This document shows, in pieces, positions 59,801-64,000 of a DNA stretch of 64,000 nucleotides. Position 1 is the first letter of the stretch; each line of letters begins with the position of its first letter. The stretch is from Azolla caroliniana (Eukaryota > Plantae > Polypodiophyta): contig JBHGNT010000002.1 of NCBI GenBank assembly GCA_043228905.1, forward strand, positions 1,178,001 through 1,242,000, written 5' to 3'. Under the pieces are notes generated by a model. That model was not told where the DNA came from and ran no database searches. It worked only from the letters and a program-made list of their open reading frames with translations. The position numbers and the translations under genes were made by a program.

Positions 59801-61911
59801 TAAACGAAAGTAGATGGTAAGGAACACTAATATACACAAGAGATTCGTTAGACAAATAGAGGAAAAAAGGTGAAGCAAACTTGCAATTTTTAGATGACCA
59901 AAGTGTGCATGCCAAATCTTTGCATCTGAAATGGCTTGAGAATCCTGTATTGCACAGGTTGAATCGTTTATAGATCTTTAATAATCTACGAGCTTATACA
60001 ACCCATGACATAAAATACCAGAAGCAATAATAACATCCCCATTGGATAGATCATGAACTATACACTTGTCATCAACAAATTTAACAACCAAGCCAATCTT
60101 GGCTAATGCTGAAACTGACAACAGATTTTTCTTGATCCCTGGCACAAATAAAGCATATGACAAGATGAAAGGACTACCATCAACAATAGTCAAAATGATC
60201 TTACCAACACCCATAACTGGATAAGATGAGTTGTTGGCGCATGTGATAGTATTCCCTGTAGGGGCAAGCTCCAATGAAGTGAAGAAATTGCGATGTGAGG
60301 TAATATGTTTGGTTGCCCCACTGTCGAAGTACCAAACATCTGATTCTATAGTAGACATACATTGTTCAAGTGAAGATGGGTCAAAACTACAAATAGTAGT
60401 AAATGCCCATTCTTCATTCTGCACAAGATTTGCAGACTTTGTTTTCGGTGCATAGACTTCTGCAACAACGAGTCCTGCCTCTTTTGCAACCAATTTTGGA
60501 CAGTTCTTTATAATATGATAAGTTCCTTTATAATATTTGCAAAATAGTTTTTGTTTCTGCTCTTGTTTTTTTCATTCACTTGTGAAGTATTAGCAAATCT
60601 CTGCTTGGTCGCAGATGTGTTCCATTTACCTTTGCCCTTTTGACTAGCTAGGAAAGCTTGATCTGCAACATGCATAATAGACCTGTTTTGCCTAGATTGG
60701 TCTTCTTGTAACAAAACAGAGACTAGCTCCTCGAACGATAAGGCATTGGGATTACCTTTCATCATTAAACGAAGAGTAGAAGCAAAACTCTGATATGAAT
60801 CGGGAAGACCATTTAGAATGGTCTGCACAAGTGAACTATCTGGTATCATTTCATCAATAGAAATCAGTTGTTCCTTTAAATATTTGATTTTTGTAAGAAA
60901 ACTGTCCACAGAATCACCTTCATTCATGTGCTCGCTCTCCAATTGTTTTCGGAGATAAGAAACACGAGTCTCATTTCTTGCTTGGTACAAAGTGGTAAGA
61001 GAATCCCAAGCATCCTTTGCTATCTTGCAAGAGAGAATATGGGGAATAATGGCACGTTTCACAGACAAAGCAATCAAAGCATGTGCATGAGCATCTCTGC
61101 CATCCCAACGAAGTTGCTTTGCAGTTGGTACAATAGAAACTATAGCACAGGCATGAGCAGGATTATCAACATCCGCAACAGAATCAGTACCATCAACATT
61201 TGTGTTCTCAACAACATGACGTTTTTCAGCTCCTTGAACCACATTCCACAACCCCTTTGCTACTAATACATGGCGCATCATAATAAGCCTAGAGAGGGTA
61301 ATTTTTTCCATCCAGTTTATCCTCAACAATAAGAATCTGAAATACATCATTGCTCTCAGCCATGGCCGTGGACTGAACATGTTTTGATGTAAAAAATGGA
61401 CTGCTGAATGGATAAAAGGGAATAACGTACCTCTTTGACTTGAAAGATGAACAAGCGAAGAGAAAGGGAAGCAAATCTGAATTCTGAGGGTTATAGGAAA
61501 GTCTTGGAAGACTCAAGGAGGCTATTTCTAGGATTGAATCGACTTGAAAGCAGAAAAAAAACAGAACTGAAATTGCACAGAGGAAGAAAACCGGCAAAAA
61601 TTTGTTTTTTCAACATCAGAAAAATGCCACCACATATGGCACAAACAAACTGCATATGAGAGCCATTGCGTTGCTGCTCAAATGTCTCTTTGTAGCTCTG
61701 ATACCACTGTTGGATTCTTGCTTTGAATCCCAAAAAGCTTACCCACTTTAGGGTTATGAGAGTATATATAGACAAGGGGGAAAAACCCCCTAAAGAGGGA
61801 AAAAATGTCCTTGTTGTCCTAAGTGTGTTCACACACATAATTGTCCTAAGTGTGTTCACACAACACTGTCCTAAGGGTGTTCACACACATCACTACCGAA
61901 ATATGTCAACA
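56814..61911 (-). mobile_element. Near-full-length decayed Ty1/Copia LTR retrotransposon
   Basis: 5' LTR 61708-61911 and 3' LTR 56814-56965 (TGTTG...CAACA); PBS TGGTATCAGAGC (initiator-Met type, 61695-61706); PPT next to 56966. Order gag (60508-61380), protease WYFDSGATKH, integrase (YTPRQNGVAERKN), RT (YKARLVAKGY, YVDDML), RNase H (ARTKHIE); several frameshifts. Confidence 0.95.
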
Positions 61912-62052
61912 CAATGTTCATAAAGAGAAATAGATTTCCATATGCAAAACTTCTTCTTATGCCTCCTTCAGGAGGCTTTTGTATACTTGTTCTACCAAGT
62001 TCGCCATTCTACACTTTAGGTTTAATTACATCGTTGTTGCATGACAAACAAG

Positions 62053-62570
62053 ATTCGCCGTCATCCTAATGTTCTTTGTTCATATTATGTGCCTCCCTCT
62101 ATACAATATGGCCCTGCGATATGGTCCACACACCCATATGTTGTACGATGAATGGCGAGTACACATCCTGAGCTTTGCACCTAACATCCTGAGCCATTAA
62201 TTCGTGTCCACGAAGCTAAAATAAAACGATCCGGCCATAACTCATGGTCTTCCATATCGAAGATTCAAAAATACCAAAGTTCTTTAGGCAACGGGGGGGC
62301 TAGGTGACAACATTCGCCGTCATCCTAAGGTTCATTGTTCATATTATGTGCCTCCCTCTATACAATATGGCCCCGCGATCTGGTCCACACACCCATATGT
62401 TGTACGACGAATGGCGAGTACACATCCAGAGCTTTGGACCTAACATCCCGGGTCCTTAATTCGTGTTGATGAAGATGAAATAAAACGATCCGGACATAGC
62501 TCATGGTCTTCCATATCGAAGAGTCGAAAATCCCAAAGTTCTCGAGGCAACCGGGGGGCAAGGTGTACAT
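62053..62570. repeat. ~258-bp two-copy tandem repeat
   Basis: attcgccgtcatcctaa.gttc.ttgttcatattatgtgcctccctctatacaatatggccc...ggcaac.gggggg at ~62053 and ~62312. Confidence 0.9.
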
Positions 62571-63001
62571 ACATACATATTCGTTGCCCGGGTTCTCGTG
62601 TTTTCCCTCGGGCGATCGCTTTTTGCTTTTTGCTTTTCTGCTTTTTGGCTGATGTGTATGTATATGACATATGTCATGACTCACTCATTATGTATTCCCT
62701 TCCATTTTGACAATTGTGTTTTGATGACCTCCAAATTTGCAGTGGATTGGATCAACCATCTCATGATGCTTGTGTAGAAGAAGAAATCAAGAACAGAGAG
62801 GTACACAGAGACACAGAGATTCACAGAGATTCACAGATATCCACAGAGATTCACAGAGATACAGTCAGAAAGTAGAGAGAGAGAGAGAGGTTTTGGCAGA
62901 TCTGCATGTATTCGCGTCAATGGCAACATCCATAGCTCTCTCTCTCTCTTTCTCTTCCCCTGATCTCACGTCTGACTTCTGATCTGCGATCTGATCTAAC
63001 C

Positions 63002-63130
63002 ATGGCTAAACGCCCTATCAAAGGCTCCTCACAACCTCCCACGCATGAGAATCAATGCAGAGATGTTTATGGATTCACCATAAGACCTCAACACCTTCAG
63101 CTCTACAAACAGTATTCTGCCATCTACAAG
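63002..63130 (+). CDS. First coding exon of a TBC-domain Rab GTPase-activating protein (continues beyond the window)
   Basis: MAKRPIKGSSQPPTHENQCRDVYGFTIRPQHLQLYKQYSAIYK|gtac matches the recalled plant Gyp1-superfamily TBC N-terminal motif RDxYGFxVRPQH...YxxIYK; a T-rich intron follows. Confidence 0.8.
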
Positions 63131-64000
63131 GTACGCCTCCTTTCTTTTGATTCCTGATTTCTCTCTCTCCCCATATTCAAAACAAGTTGTGCATTTTTTT
63201 TTTCTCTTCTTGCTACAAACAAGGAATGGGTTTTTCCTATGCTGTTTTTTCTCCGTCTTGCCATATACAAGGTTTTTTGCATATGTTTTTATTTTATTTT
63301 CTCGTAACATATGAGCTATACGCTTTTTTCCGTGCCATATAAAAGGCATGTTGTTTTCTCTCTTTCCATATGCAATGTATGGTTTTTCTGTTGCCATTTA
63401 CAAGGTGTGCTTTTGCTTTATCATATGCAATGTGCAGTTTTTCCTATGCATTTCTCTTGCTACATACACCGTATGTTTTTTTCTTCTTACCATATACATG
63501 CCATGTTTTTTGTCTTCAATGTGCTATACATATGCAACGTACGCTTACAATATATACGTTCCACATACAATTCATGCTGTTTTTTCCCTTATCAGAGGTA
63601 TGCTTTGATCAATTCATACTCTTTCCCCCCCTTATCAAAGGTATGCTTTTATCTTACAATATGCAAGCTAAGGTTTTTTCTTTCCTATACGACATTGTAT
63701 GTTTTATTCATATGCGTTTCTTCTGCCAAATAAACTTGCTAGCTATCCAGATTACATGTGGCCATAAGGCCTCCCCAATGCTGATGTTGGTTATCTTTAA
63801 CCTCAATGTGGCTCTTAACATATGTAGTTGTGATGACACAGTGGATCGTTCACATAATGATTAGCAACATGTAGTTACATTTGCTATAATAATATGAATG
63901 TACGAGGTAGGTAGGCTGTTTTCCACCCCATACAAGCTATTTGGTGTTCGCTATTTCTCAGTCTTTATGTGTCAGATGGTAAAAACAGAAAATTTCCATT

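Noticed and set aside
63029-63864. Overlapping 86-164 aa ORFs at the right edge
   Set aside because: Low-complexity T-rich intron of the TBC gene; biased composition with no protein motif.

Overview
AT-rich land-plant nuclear DNA, possibly a non-seed plant such as a fern (inference only). I reconstructed seven complete genes by hand from GT-AG splice sites: plastid NFU Fe-S scaffold (+), a small uncharacterised 4-exon gene (+), a 10-exon plastid ribose-5-phosphate isomerase (-), two tandem intronless plastid threonine synthases (+), a PLAC8-family gene with a Pro-rich tail (+) and a 22-exon plastid phosphoglucomutase (-). The first exon of a TBC/Rab-GAP gene lies at the right edge. Intergenic and intronic space holds nested Copia fragments with two solo LTRs, a near-full-length decayed Copia, LINE fragments, three hAT-type MITEs, two Mutator-like foldback MITEs, tRNA-derived SINE-like heads and many short tandem duplications. 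The most notable signal is threonine synthase copy 1: it keeps the catalytic PLP lysine but has substitutions clustered in the S-adenosylmethionine allosteric site, suggesting a deregulated or neofunctionalised paralog. Other oddities are the intron-rich RPI, a telomere-repeat filler at a duplication junction, a duplicated 'poison' micro-exon, and tandem duplications at most gene 3' ends. No database search was run; family assignments rest on recalled motifs.
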